Part shown: positions 51,051 through 64,000 of the stretch, one piece after another
Position numbering within the stretch: the stretch's first letter is position 1
Layout: each line of letters opens with the position of its first letter
Source: Chiloscyllium plagiosum
Lineage: Eukaryota
Assembly: GCF_004010195.1 (NCBI RefSeq)
Contig: NC_057719.1
Coordinates: 71,464,831-71,528,830, forward strand
Length of the DNA stretch: 64,000 nucleotides
Direction: 5' to 3'
Position numbers and translations under genes: made by a program
The notes under the pieces: model-generated
What the model saw: only the letters and a program-made list of their open reading frames with translations
What the model was told of the DNA's origin: nothing
Database searches by the model: none

Positions 51051-52019
51051 ACCTATAAACTGTGAGATGCGTGCATGTTGTACATGTGTGATCATGAGAT
51101 GAGGCTACGCTGTTAGTAGATGATTTGTGCTTGATAAAGATTGTTGGTGGGTAAGTGGAGATTGATGAACGGAGCTCAGTATGAGGCTGATTTTTTTTAC
51201 AAGGACACATTTGAGGATATATTCACTGACTGTGACTCCCTATGTGAGGTCCCATTAAATCTCTTCTTGCCCCAGTTCAGGTTTTCAGTGATTGCAATGG
51301 TGGAGATTGTCATCCTCTCCCACTACCTTCTCAGACTATAGAGGTTGTCCACCTAGAACACTGCATATAAGGACTTTGGAACATATTGTCAGTAGGTTGC
51401 TCTGGTTTTACTCATCCCTCTGCTTAGAATATTTTGGAACTGATTTAAGAAGATATTCTTTCAATCAGAATGCACTCTCCCTTTAAGAGACTCAGGCTGA
51501 CTTTAAGTTAAATGAAGGTAGCCCTCTGAAGACGGTATAGCCTCTTGACAGAGTTGGAATGTTGACCCATTTAGTTTCTTGACAGAGCATTAAGCATTGG
51601 CCCATGGGCTACCATCAATTAAATTCCCGAGCAGTCCAACATTGGTCTTCTGCCTGCATCAGAATAGATAGGGTTAAACTGCACATCACAATCCTTGGGA
51701 CATATTTTGAGTTTTATCCGATTTCCTGCTATCCAATTTTCAGCAGACTACAATTCAACCTGCAGGCGACACCACCGCAACCGCCCCCCCCCTCCCCCCG
51801 CCTGCAAATATTGATCCATGTTCTTCAGATATCCTAATCCTCATGACAATCTCTGACTGTACCCCACCATATCTTGTTCTCTCCCTCCCTGTGCCCAGAA
51901 GTGACCATAGCCATAGGCTTTCTCACCTGACAGCATGACCATTGGATGCTGTTCTATTTGGTTGGACTCCTATATTCTTCCTCTTTCTTTGTTTCCAGGT
52001 CTCTACAAGTCATGATTGG

Positions 52020-53290
52020 AGTCAAGATTAGAGTGGTGTTGGAAAAGCACGGCAGGCCAGGCAGCATCCGAGGAGCAGGAACATCAACGTTTTGGGAAAA
52101 AGCCCTTCATCAGGAATGAGGCAGGGACCCTCTGGGGTGGAAAGATAAATGTGAGGGGTGTAGCATAGAGTACAATAGGTGCAAAGGGGTGGGGATGAAG
52201 GTGAGAGGTCGGAGAGGAGGGTGGAGCGGATAGATGGGAAGGGAGATTGGCAGGTAGGACAGGTCATGAGGATGGTGCTGTGCTGGCAGATTGGAATTGG
52301 GGTAAGGTGGGGGGAGGGGAAATGAGGAAATTGATGAAGTCCACATTGATGCCCTGGAGTTGAAGCATTCCGAGGTAGAATATGAGGCGTTCTTTCTCCA
52401 GGCGTCAGATGGTGAGGGAGTGTTGGTGGAGGATGCCTAGGACCTGCATGTCCTCGGCAGAGTGGGAGGGGGAGTTAGATTAGATTAGATTAGATTACTT
52501 ACAGTGTGGAAACCGGCTCTTCGGCCCAACAAGTCCACACTGACCCGCCGAAGTGCAACCCCCCCAGACCCATTCCCCTACATTTACCCTTGCCCCCAAC
52601 ATTAAAATGTTTGGCCATGGGGTGGTGGGGTTGATTGGTGCGGGTGTCCCGGAGATGTTCCCTAAAGGGTACTGCGAGGAGGCATCCAATCTCCCCAATG
52701 TAAAAGAGACCGCATCGGGAGCAACGGATACAATAAATGACATTGGTGGATGTGCAGGTGAAACTTTGATGGATGTGGAAGGCTCCTTTCGGGCTGAAAA
52801 ATGTGTTGCTGGAAAAGCGCAGCAGGTCAGGCAGCATCCAAGGAGCAGGAGAATCGACGTGTCAGGCATAAGCCCTTCTTCAGGAATGCCCGAAACGTCA
52901 ATTCTCCTGCTCCTTGGATGCTGTCTGACCTGCTGCACTTTTCCAGCAACACATTTTTCAGCTCTGATCACCAGCATCTGCAGTCCTCACTTTCTCCAAG
53001 TCTCCTTTAGGGCCTTGGGTGGAGGGGAGGGGGAAGGTGTGGGTGCAGGTTTTGCAATTCCTGTGAAGGCAGGGGAAGGTGCCAGGAGTGGAGGGTGGAT
53101 TGTTCTGGGAGGGATGTGGACTTGACCAGGTGGGGAGGGAAATATATCCCTGATGGTGGGGTCCGTTTATAGGTGGCGGAAATGTTGGCTGATGATGTGG
53201 TTTATGTGAAGGTTGGTAGGGTGAAAGGTGAGGACCAGGGGAGTTCTGTCCTTGTTGCGGTTGGAAGGGTGGGGTTTGAGGACGGAGGGG
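52020..53290 (-). mobile_element. PLE 3' part (GIY-YIG endonuclease remnant) with a nested HE1 tail (about 52476-52602) and a P1 hairpin (52795-52997)
   Basis: GTFPCLHRNCKTC and FTCTSTNVIYCIRCSRCGLFYIGEIG; hairpin TSD aag(g/t)ctccttt(c/a)gggc at 52779-52794 and 52998-53013. Confidence 0.9.
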
Positions 53291-53499
53291 TGGAATTCCC
53301 CCCACCCCCACCCATGCCATCCTGTAAATCTTAGGGCTGTGCAGTTGGATGATAGAAATGTGGAAAGTTTGTGATTTTAGGTAGTGGGTAACATTTTGGA
53401 AGCATTATTTGGCTTTCTCTTTAAACTGTAAAAGTTTTTTGCATATATACCATTGAGCTTAGATACTTGGACTGGGCATGTCTGAAGTATTAACTCTCT

Positions 53500-54960
53500 T
53501 CATCTTTCTTTACCAAGGAGGTAGATGCAGCCCAGACCATGGTGACAGAAGAGGAAATTCTGTCTCTTGAAGGGTTTAAAATTGATAAAAAGGAAATGTT
53601 GGATAGACTGTGGTACTCAAAGTTGAAATGGTTCCAGGACTGGTTGAGATGCATCCCAGGATATTGGAGAAAGTGAAAGTGGAAATTGAAGAAATACTGG
53701 CTCTTTCAGTCTTCAATCTTCCCGAGACTCAAGGTAGGTGCCAGAGGACTGGTGAATTTCAGATTTTAAATGCTTGTTCAAGAAATGCTTTAAGGTTAAG
53801 CCCAACAATGACAGACTAATCAGTTTAACATCATTGGTGGAGAAACTTCCAGAAACAATTACTTGGAATAAAATTGGCATATGTGGACTTCTAAAAGGCA
53901 TTTAATTGTAGTGCTACACTACAGACGTGTGGGGAAAATTATAGTTCATGGAATAAAAGCGATAGCTACCAATGTGGATACTGAATTGGCTGAGGAAGCA
54001 GAGAGCCAATTAACCTTTTTGTCTAGAAGATATTGAAGATCCCTGGAGGACAGTATTGGGACCCTTGCTTTTGGTCATACATATAAATAAATCTCACAGA
54101 ATCATTGTGAAGCAGGCCATTTTGTCCATCAAGCATACATTGATCTTCCCCTTCCCCCCGAACATCATCCCATCAGTCATCCCTTATAACCCTGCATTTC
54201 CCATGGCTAACCCATCTTGCTTGCACATCCTTGGACACCATGGACAATTTAGCATGGCCAATCCACCTAATCTGCACATCTTTGGATTGTGGGAGGAAAC
54301 CAACACAGACACGGAGAGTATGCAGACTCCACACAGACACAGTCGCCCAAGGCTGGAATCAAACCCGGGTCCCTGGTGCTGTGAGATAGCAGTGCTAACC
54401 ATTGAGCCACTGTGCTGCAACAAAATCTAGATCATGGAGTGGGGTCAATTGCAAAGTTTGTGGATGATACAAAAAACATTGGGAGCATTGTAAACTGAGG
54501 AGAACAATGTAGAACTTCAAAAAGACTTTGGCTAGTTGGAATGAGAGGATGGCCAGGTGGCAGATGAAGTTCAATACAGAGAGATGTGAGGTGATTTATT
54601 TTGGTGTGAAGAACATGGACACACAAATAAAATAGGGGGTACAATTCCAAAGGGGATGCTGCAAAGAGAGACTAGATAGATTGATGTTGTTTGCCTTACA
54701 ACACAGAAAGCGGAGGAGGGACCTGATTGTGGTGTAGAAAGTGTAGAAAGGGTAGTTTGGGAGAAACTACCTTTCACCTTACTCACTACCTGAAAGGGTG
54801 ATAGAGGAAGAAATCTTCAAGGCATTAAAAACTGTTCAGATGAGTACTTGAAATGCCAAGGCTATGGGCCAAATGCTGGGAAATGCAATTAGAATAAAGA
54901 GTTGCTTGATGATCAGCAATATACACCGTGAGCTAAAGGGCTGTTTTCTGCAATGTAAGA
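53500..54960 (+). mobile_element. Old CR1 LINE with a nested older HE1-like SINE (about 54095-54417, minus)
   Basis: VLGPLLLVIHIN...AKFVDDT remnants on either side of a SINE with caatttagcatggccaatccacctaa core and tRNA head. Confidence 0.8.
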
Positions 54961-55074
54961 AGTGAATGCTATTTGTTTCAATCTCAGGAGTTACCAAGGG
55001 AGAGGGAGTGGCTGGACATCAACATCTTAGGGACCTCCTTGGTTTGGAGGAGGAATGGGAGGACAGCAGGGCAG

Positions 55075-56475
55075 GCAATAACTTGCTTAATGAAACCCAC
55101 TTTGAGTTCAGCCAGGGTCACTCAGCTCCTGACCTCATTACAGCCTTAGTTCACACATGGGCAAGAAAGCTGAGTTCTGACGGGAAGTGACAGTGACATC
55201 AGGCTACATTTGACCGAATGTGGCAACAAGGAGCTGTAGCAAAACAGGACACAGGGGAAAATGCTCCACTGGTTACGGCCATTTTCACTGAAAAGGAAGG
55301 TGGTTGTTTGCTGGAGGTCAGCTCCAGGACATCTCTACAGGGGTTCCATAGGGTAGTGTCCTAGTGCCCAGCCATATTCAACTGCTTCTTCACTGATCTT
55401 CTCACGATCACAAAGTCAGAAATGGCGATGTTTGCTGATGATTCCATAATGTTCAATACCATTTGCAACTCCTCAGATACTGAAGTAGTCCATGTCCAAG
55501 ATATGAACAATATCCAGGTTTGGACTGTCAAGTGGCCAGTAACATATAGATCACAACAAGTGTCAGACAATGACTATCTCCAACAAGAGAAAATCTAATG
55601 TCACCTCTTGATATTCAGTGGCATTACCATCACTGAATCCCTATTTTCAACACCCTGGAGACTTCATTGACCAGAAACCAAACTGAACTCAGCACATAAA
55701 CACTGTGGCTGCAAAAGCAGGTCATTGGCTAGGCACCCTGCAGTGAATAATCTCCCCCAAAGCCTGTACATCATGTCCAAGGCGCAGGTCAGGAGTGTGA
55801 TGCAGGTCTAACAAGAGTCAAGAAGCTTGAAGCGCCTCACTAGACTGGTACCACATCCACAGACTTATTCTTTCTGTCATTGATAATTAGTGGCAGTAGT
55901 GCAGTGGACAGCTGGAACTGACAACCGGAAGCGGCAGATTCAAACCACTATAAATGCTGGAGGAAACATCACAGAAGCGCTTCACAGGAGGCTCCCAAGC
56001 ACTGAGAATGTCACCTATACAGGGGACGAAACGTCTGCAACACAAATTCCCAGCTCGGTGAACAGAACCACAACAACGAGCACCCAAGCTACAAATCTTC
56101 TCACAAACTTTGAGTAGTGTATACCGTTTACAAAACACGGTGCAGAAGTTCACCAAGGTTCCTTAGATAACATCTTCCAGATCCATAACCACTAACACCT
56201 AGAATGACAAGAACAGCAGATACATGGGGACATGCCAATTGCAAGTTCAGTTCATGCCACTTACCAGCCTGACTTGGAAATATATTGCCATTCCTTCAGG
56301 ATTACTGGGTCAAAATCCTGGAAGTCTTCCCCCAAACAATATTGTGGATCTACATTTACTAAAAGGATTGCAATGGTTGAAGCAGCAACTCACCACCAAT
56401 GTCTCAAAAGTAACTAGAAGTAGGGAGTAAAAGGTGGATCAGTAAGTGATACACATATCCCATGAAAAAATGAAA
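55075..56475 (+). mobile_element. Family-B LINE RT and 3' fragment
   Basis: FSQGHSAPDLITALV and MFADDS motifs; 3' UTR similar to 6300-6600. Confidence 0.82.
55902..56112 (+). mobile_element. PLE-type terminal insert (family P3) with a hammerhead-like motif at 55999-56038
   Basis: TSD agtagtg at 55895-55901 and 56113-56119. The motif reads GCA CUGAGAA U GUCACCU AUAC AGGGGAC GAAA CGUC UGC. Confidence 0.72.
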
Positions 56476-56699
56476 TAAAGGCTGAGTAATTCCAACTGTT
56501 ACAAAGAACAGGAAGGTAACAGGAACACCTTTACCACTGTATATATGGGGCATTCTTCCTCTTCTGGACCTCTTGAACAATGACCTCCACTGCTGTACCA
56601 GAGAACAAATGCATGGTCTCCCTCTGTTCCTGAACCATCCTGTTACATTACAGTCATGCCTCAACATTAGTGGAAATGATGTTGAAGCTGACATAAAAG

Positions 56700-57305
56700 G
56701 ACACTAAAACTGTACACAGTACTCCAGGTGTAGCCTCACCAGCACCCTGAACAGGAAGGTCATTCTACAGTACTGACTGGTGTTTTGGTGTCCTTACTTG
56801 AGAAAGGATGTACTGGCACTGGAGGGGATGCAGAGGAGGTTCACTAGATTGATTCCAGAATTGAGGGGTTTGGCTTATGAGGAGAAACTGAGTAGACTGG
56901 GATGAAACACATTGGAATTCAGTCACTGATTGCCAACCAGGAAAGCACTCATTTATCCCCAAGTTTTGCTTCCTGTTAGCTAACCAATCCTTGATCCATG
57001 CTAATAAATTGCCTGCAATACCTTGCATCTTTATCTTATTCAGCAGCCTTTTACGTGGCACCTTGCTAAATCCAAAGGGTTGGGGAATTCTCTGCCCAGT
57101 GAAGCAGTTGAAGTTGCCTTATCAAATGTTTTTACGGCGAAGCTAGATTTTTGAACAGTAAAAGAATTAAGGGTTATGGTGAACAGATGGGTAAATGGAG
57201 CTGAATCCACAAGAAAATCCGCCATGATCTTATAGAATGGTGGAGCAGGCTTGAGGGGCCTGACTTTCTATTCCTGCTCCTATTTTGTATAGCCTTATGT
57301 TCTTA
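56700..57305. mobile_element. CR1 patchwork with strand switches
   Basis: Minus at about 56705-56755 (LVRLHLEYCVQF); plus at 56780-56915 (LRKDVLALEGMQRRFTRLIP); minus at 56920-57070 (PRKRLLNKIK...WIKDWL); plus at 57075-57305 (3' end). Confidence 0.8.
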
Positions 57306-60300
57306 TACTTAAATCATGACAATCATTTAGCTCCAAATTTGCACGCCAAACATACATTTTCAAACTGGTTTGTCTTATTAGCATATCCTCTGTTTCATGT
57401 TAGTTTTTACCCTTTTACCAAAATAAGCCCCTCAGTGTTTTGCCAAATAATGACTATCAAAACAGTGGTTCCTGCTTTCTTAAAATAAATTCAATCAGTA
57501 TTTAGAAGGAACAATACAGTCAACACTTGCAAATAAATCCAGCCTACTTAATCATTCGGAGGAAGCAATACTTCAGCCCTTTTATAAAAAATGTAATTCT
57601 TTAATAGTTTACATGAGTGAAATTGAAAACTTGACATAACCACAGCAAACTATTTTAACGTTTCAAGGGAATGTTGTGAGTTTGTTCAAAAATAAACTTG
57701 TCAAATCTTGACCTATTGCAGAATGCAGGCAACATTGTAAAAAGTTATTAGTTCTTCTTAAGAATACCATTTCTGATTCAGGGATTATCGAAACATCCAC
57801 ATGGGTAGATCAGTTGTCCTACTGGAAATAAGGCATTAAGGTCTTACACGTTTGTGAAATATTTTAGTTGGAAGCATGAGACTTTCTCTATGTGCGCTAT
57901 CACAGAGTGCTACCAGGCAACTATTTTAAGTTTTTCCAGTTCTTCGATCTATGAAGAATTATTCAGATTCAGAACTCACACCTTCATAACTGAAAGTGTC
58001 CAGGTCTGGATGATGATAAGTGCTTGCTGGTTAAGTCAGAAGATATTTTAAGAACTTTTACTGTACCTGGTTCAAAGTGCTGTTTGAAATATAATCAAAC
58101 AGTACCTGATCTGACCCAAACATCAACTGTGAGTTCTCTTCACAGATGCTGCCAGACCTGCTGAGCTTTTCCAGTAATTTCTGTTTTTGTTCCTGATTTA
58201 CAGTATCCGCAGTGCTTTCGGATTTTAAAATCTGATCTAGCATAGTCTAGGGTGCGTTATGATTCCAGGCTAAACTAGCAACTTTGTTGTGATCCCAGAT
58301 GAGCCACCAAGTTGGGTTATGATCCCAACAAGACCACCAACTGTATATTACAGCCTGCATAGGGGCCAATAACTTTTATTTTTAAAGTAGACAAAAGATA
58401 AGATCTGGCGGACTTGCTATGAGAATATAAATTCACAAACAATGGCACTTTACAGTACAATTTAGAACAACATACAATCTACAATACATCTACAATTAAT
58501 TTCCAATACCCAGAATGAACTTGTGGTAAATATGGATAATACACTACAGTTGAACACACGCAGTTGCACATCAAATAGCAGATGCATTCAGGCCAGATTC
58601 TAAGAGTTTTTCCTCAAACGTTTACGATCCAGTTCCTCATCAAATCTCAACAAACTTCACAAGTTTGCAATTTTTCAATTCCGCTGATCTGAGTTTAAGA
58701 CTCTCTCTCAGTAGCTGCTCCATCATGGACTGCCTCAATAGCTCATGGACTGTTTTAGTCGATTACTCTCTGAACCAGGTCTATGTCCCCCTCGACTCCT
58801 GTACTTATTCACGAGCATAACTGCCGTTGTTGCTGATAGCTAACTTCACTAAGCTGCTTTCCCTATACTCGAGTGTTTCTCGGTTGCTTAAGCAGACATT
58901 ACTCCTGAGTTTTTCCAAACACCTACCCCCCCTATTCTCAGCTCTCTGGGCTGATTAGTGGCATCCAGTTTCTGTGAGGCACCATAATTTTCAGGACATT
59001 TTCAAAGCCCTGACTGAAACACCTAGTTATCAATTAACTCCTGGAACTTGGCCTGAATTCTAACAAGACAAAGATATCCAAATGCTCTAAAATCTTCTCA
59101 CTGGGTCTCCTGCACAGAATATATAGAGATCAGTTGCCTTCCCTGCAATACAGGCAAAAATCAGCACTTCTGACATGAATTCGACTGTCTCTTCTTCACC
59201 CAACGATGATCATCAATCATTGTCTGTCTCCCATAAACTCTTGTTCAGTGAGCCTGAATTACTCTGCATAATCTTGTGAGGATCTTCCACTCTGTCCCTC
59301 CCTCTTGCTCGGCAGAATTTAATAGTGCCACCTAGCAACGTTTAGAACAGAGTGTACTTAATACTGAGCACATAGTTAGTGAGTTTCGTCACATGTACAA
59401 ACATACAAAACAGGAGCAAAGGTAAACAATTCTGCCCCTCAAGCCTGTTTCACCAATCAATATGATCATGGCCGATCTGTTTACTATTTGAATCCGCCGT
59501 TCACTCCCCTGCCTAACAAGAATCTATACAGGTACATATTACTATCAACTATTACGCTTACCTTATTAGTTCTGAACACCCTCAACCATTTTCTGGCTGC
59601 TTCCTTCTCAGTGTAGCTCCCACTCATCAGGGAAATTATGGCTCTGGGCTTTTCTCAGTCACTCTCTCTTCTCTTCAAGCCCCAAGTTATTTTCCCCTCC
59701 ATCCCCAGCATCAGTAACCCCTTCCTCCCATCCCCCATCCAGCCTCTACATCCCATTGTCCCTCTGAAACAGTATCCAATGGGAGAAATAAGCAGCATAT
59801 CAACAATACTATGCCAGAATGGGACAAACTCGATGACCTAGTTTATTCCGGTGTATTTTAAAATGTTAAAAGGTGAGACTGCTGAATAATCTGAACAGAT
59901 TGTCGTGTTTGAAGTGGACCACTGTTTTCTCTCTCTCTCTTGCAAAAAACAGCCTTTCAACATAAACACTTCATAAACTATCTGAACACAGCATTTGAAA
60001 CTGTTCTCTACTTTGAAAAAAATGGAAAAGCAATCAGATATGAGAGTGAAGTGAAGCATTGCATCTGTTAGAGCTAATTAGTTGTTAGCCCAGGGAATTG
60101 TACATCATGTACATGCTCAAACAGGATATAAGTTCCAACAATAGTCACAACTTGACAAAAATATGAAGTCTAATTCCATGCTTTTAGGAAAGGCTATGAC
60201 TTTTGAGTAAAGTTTAACAAAGCCATTAGAAATTTACAAATGCAATTTTCAATGAATAAACGTAATCATTGAACAGCAAAATATGTAACTGCTGATTGTG

Positions 60301-61678
60301 TTATTCTGTTAAATATCTATTTTCTCCAGGTTACAACAATTGAGGAAAAATGTTGCACAGAAAGTTTCCAAAGTTTTTGAAAAACTGATTGAATCAACTG
60401 ATTCACTAATGACATGCAATGATAAAATATCGATATCAGTTTTGCCTATTATATTCATATTTCATATGAATTTATACGCAGAGTAGACTTAGGCTATTCA
60501 GCCCTTTGAGCTGCCTTTACTATTTGAGAAGCACTTTTGTCTGTTGACATACTGATCCACCATTAGTAAAATATGACATAGCAAGTAAGGACAATGTATA
60601 TAAGAATCCCAAAACGTTAGCATGCAGACATTGCAGGTAATTAAAACAAACAGAATGTTATCTTCTATTAAGATGGAGTTTAAGAGAGCAACTATTAATG
60701 CAATGTTGTGTCTCCACCTTCGAGTACTGTTTGGAGATACAAACAAGTAGGTGTATGATTTGCGAGAAGCAAACATGCACAGCTTTGGAGCTGAACCTTT
60801 CTCTGGATTTGGGAAAACCCAGCCTGTGCACGTTTGTTTCACATAAACTATACATCTACCAGCCTCTTCATACCAGGTTTGAGTGAGCAGTGCTGTCTGT
60901 GAACTGTAGGAGAGAGCTGGGCTGGCTCAATTCTCAAATAAATGATCAAAATTCCAACAGCTTAAAGAACAATGGCACCTCACTATTCACGTTCCTCGCC
61001 ATGTTACCAGGTCAGCTGATGCCCTCTCAGATCCTCCCCTGCTTGAAATGAACCATCCATGCCTCCTTAGATTACCTGTGCCATCTTTATGTCCCCTATT
61101 TAACCCCTATAGCCACTCACCCAAACTCCATGCAATATCAATGGAAAAGACAGTCTTTGTGGAAAAATGAAACCTTAACAACTAATAAAGGCTTCAACAT
61201 AATTGGTATTGAAAGAAAAATATATTATCATCGAAAAGGACCATGAAATACAGAGCTTCTTTACTTAACTATATCCCTAAAATTCACAATTTTAAAAAAA
61301 GACTTCAAGTGAAGAACTGATTCCCATTGTAATCAATGGTAAAATGGAGGCAAGTTCTGTAGGGGCTTCCTTGACAGATGAAAAACCATTAAGATAGTAA
61401 TAAACAACAAAGTAAAATAAATTTAAAAATATAAAATAAAAATATAATATGTTACGATACTGTTAAGATTGACCAGGCTTCAAATAGTGCCAGAGGTTGT
61501 TTGACTCCCAGGATTACCTGCACTCACTGACTTCCATACTAAATGGAGTACAGGTCCTTAATTCCATTTCAGGAGGGAAGAAAGGACCCAGGGGCAGAGC
61601 TAGCAGTGAAGAGAGGGCCAGACCTGGACCATAAAGGTAAGAATAGAAGGCAGGAGATGAGGCCAGGGCAACACATCA

Positions 61679-62170
<492 letters not shown>

Positions 62171-62538
62171 TTACAAATGGAGGAAGAATTTAGGAATCAC
62201 AAACAGTGAATTGCTTTTTTATACAATACCCATTAACTCGTGAATGGAGTTTGTTTTACAAAGATTCCATAACTGTTTCCTACATCTACTCTAGAAGGGC
62301 ATGATTTCAAGAAGTGTAAAAGAAATGCAGGCATTTTTTCTAAATTAACCAACAAGCTTTTAATAAATTGGATGCTATGAAATAATCAGTTGTTCTAATG
62401 CGACTTGTTGCTATGGGAATTGATGGAATTTAATGTTAATTCTGAAAGCTATTGTTCAAAAGTGTGAGTAACAATGTCACTGGACTAGCTACCCTGAAGA
62501 CCAAGAAACAGCCCTGAGCTCATTGGTGTTCATATCCA

Positions 62539-63310
62539 GATTCTGGATTAGTGGTGCTGGAAGAGCACAGCAGTTCAGGCAGCATCCGAGGAGCAGTAAA
62601 ATCGACGTTTCGGGCAAAAGCCCTTCATCAGGAATAAAGGCAGAGAGCCTGAAGCGTGGAGAGATAAGTGAGAGGAGGATGGGGGTGGGGAGAAAGTAGC
62701 ATAGAGTACAATAGGTGAGTGGGGGAGGGGATGAAGAGGCGTTCTTCCTCCAGGTGTCTGGTGGTGAGGGAGCGGCGGTGGAGGAGGCCCAGCACCTCCA
62801 TATCCTCGGCAGAGTGTGAGGGGGAGTTGAAATGTTGGGCCACGGGGCGGTTTGGTTGATTGGTGCGGGTGTCTCAGAAATGTTTCCTAATGCGCTCTGC
62901 TAGGAGGCGCCCAGTCTCCCCGGTGTAGATGAGACCGCATCGGGAGCAACGGATACAATAGATGATATTAGTGGATGTGCAGGTAAAACTTTGATGGATG
63001 TGGAAGGCTCCTTTAGGGCCTTGGATAGAGGTGAGGGAGGAGGTGTGGGCACAGGTTTTACAGTTCCTGCGGTGGCAGGGGAAAGTGCCAGAGGGTGGAT
63101 TGTGGGGGGGGGGGGGGGCGTGGACCTGACCAGGTAGTCACGGAGGGAACGGTCTTTGCGGAAGGCGGAAAGAGGTGGGGAGGGAAATATATCCCTGGTG
63201 GTAGGGTCTTTTTGGAAGTGGCAGAAATGTCGGTGGATGATTTGGTTTATGCGAAGGTTGGTAGGGTGGAAGGTGAGCACCAAGGGCGTTCTGTCTTTGT
63301 TACGGTTGGA
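62539..63310 (-). mobile_element. PLE 3' part (GIY-YIG endonuclease region and terminus), young
   Basis: PLVLTFHPTNLRINQII...FRKDRSLRDYLVRST, NIIYCIRCSRCGLIYTGETG and AQHFNSPSHS; 14-bp TSD ggtgttcatatcca at 62525-62538 and 63311-63324. Confidence 0.92.
62600..62635 (-). ncRNA. Minimal hammerhead ribozyme motif in the PLE terminus, intact core
   Basis: Minus strand reads AUUC CUGAUGA A GGGC UUUU GCCC GAAA CGUC GAUU, with a perfect stem II, palindromic ACGU and a GUC cleavage triplet. Confidence 0.75.
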
Positions 63311-63331
63311 GGTGTTCATATCCAACCAAGT

Positions 63332-63690
63332 AACAGAATCACCGTAGTGTGGAAGGAGGCCCTCAGCCCATTCAGTCTGCACTGATCCTCTGAAAAGCAT
63401 CCCACCTAGAACTAGCTCCCCCGTCCCCCAACCATATCCCTGTAACCCCATGTCTACCATGGCTAACCCAACTGTCTACACATCCCTGGACACCACAGGG
63501 CAATTTTTAGCATGGCAAATCCATCTAACCTGCACATCTTAAGACTGGGAGGAAACTGAAGCAGCCAATGGAAACTCATGGAGACATGTGGACAACATGC
63601 AAACTCCACTCAGACAGACAGACACCCGAGACTGGAATCATACCTGCTGTGAGGCAACAATACTAACCACTGAGCCACCATGCCGACCCT
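63332..63690 (-). mobile_element. Older HE1-like SINE nested in a plus-strand family-B-related SINE (about 62470-62538, 63311-63330 and 63690-63962)
   Basis: gggcaatttttagcatggc...ctaacctgcacatctt core and ctaaccactgagccacc head. The host SINE resumes with aatctggaat...tgactccaag...ctcagttcaatggcaac. Confidence 0.78.
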
Positions 63691-64000
63691 GGGGGTCATC
63701 TGGTGAAATTTCAATTTGCTTAATAAATCTGGAATACAAAACTGCTGGCAATAATGCTAACCATGAATACATTATAACAAAAACCTCCATTGGTCACTTT
63801 TCTCCTTTAAGGAAGGAAATGTAACATCCTTATCTAGTCCAGTCTACTTGTGACTCCAAGCTCAGATCAATATAGTTGGCACTTAACTTCCCTCTGTGAT
63901 GACCTAGTAAACTGCTCAGTTCAATGGCAACTGGAGATGAGCAATGTTAGACTTGCCCACAACAGTTACATAGAACATAGAACATAGAAGAATACAGCGC

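Noticed and set aside
58255..59392. Possible solo LTR (three ttatgatccc-like starts, ends gtcaca)
   Set aside because: No TSD, PBS or second copy is visible in the window, so I cannot support it. The same holds for about 61452-61918.

Overview
This is vertebrate genomic DNA, almost certainly from a shark: it carries HE1-type SINEs, DeuSINEs and elasmobranch-type CR1 and Penelope repeats, and a carpet/bamboo shark is my guess. The whole window lies inside the PRKD1 (protein kinase D1) gene on the minus strand. Three coding exons are visible: 62163-62032 (132 nt), 35892-35732 (161 nt) and 2544-2334 (211 nt). They splice in frame with GT-AG ends and encode the C1a domain, the linker and most of C1b, separated by introns of about 26 kb and 33 kb. 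The introns hold decayed mobile elements: CR1 LINEs, a second CR1/L2-group LINE family, HE1 SINEs, DeuSINEs, Penelope-like elements (PLEs) with GIY-YIG remnants, a Harbinger transposase fossil and a Gypsy-type gag-protease fossil. Main observations: (1) short, often hairpin-shaped PLE-derived elements with 7-16 bp target-site duplications (TSDs) carry minimal hammerhead-ribozyme cores of at least three sequence families, several intact on the PRKD1 pre-mRNA strand; (2) a 71-bp insert made almost entirely of a SINE 5' head sits between 101-bp direct repeats; (3) one HE1 SINE has a triplicated A-box head; (4) a LINE with no visible ORF1 starts with a tRNA-SINE-like head shared with a short SINE; (5) an old 32-bp minisatellite is split by later insertions. 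Apart from the PRKD1 exons, the ORF track is repeat debris or noise. Repeat boundaries were read by eye and are approximate, and family names come from motif recognition, not database searches.
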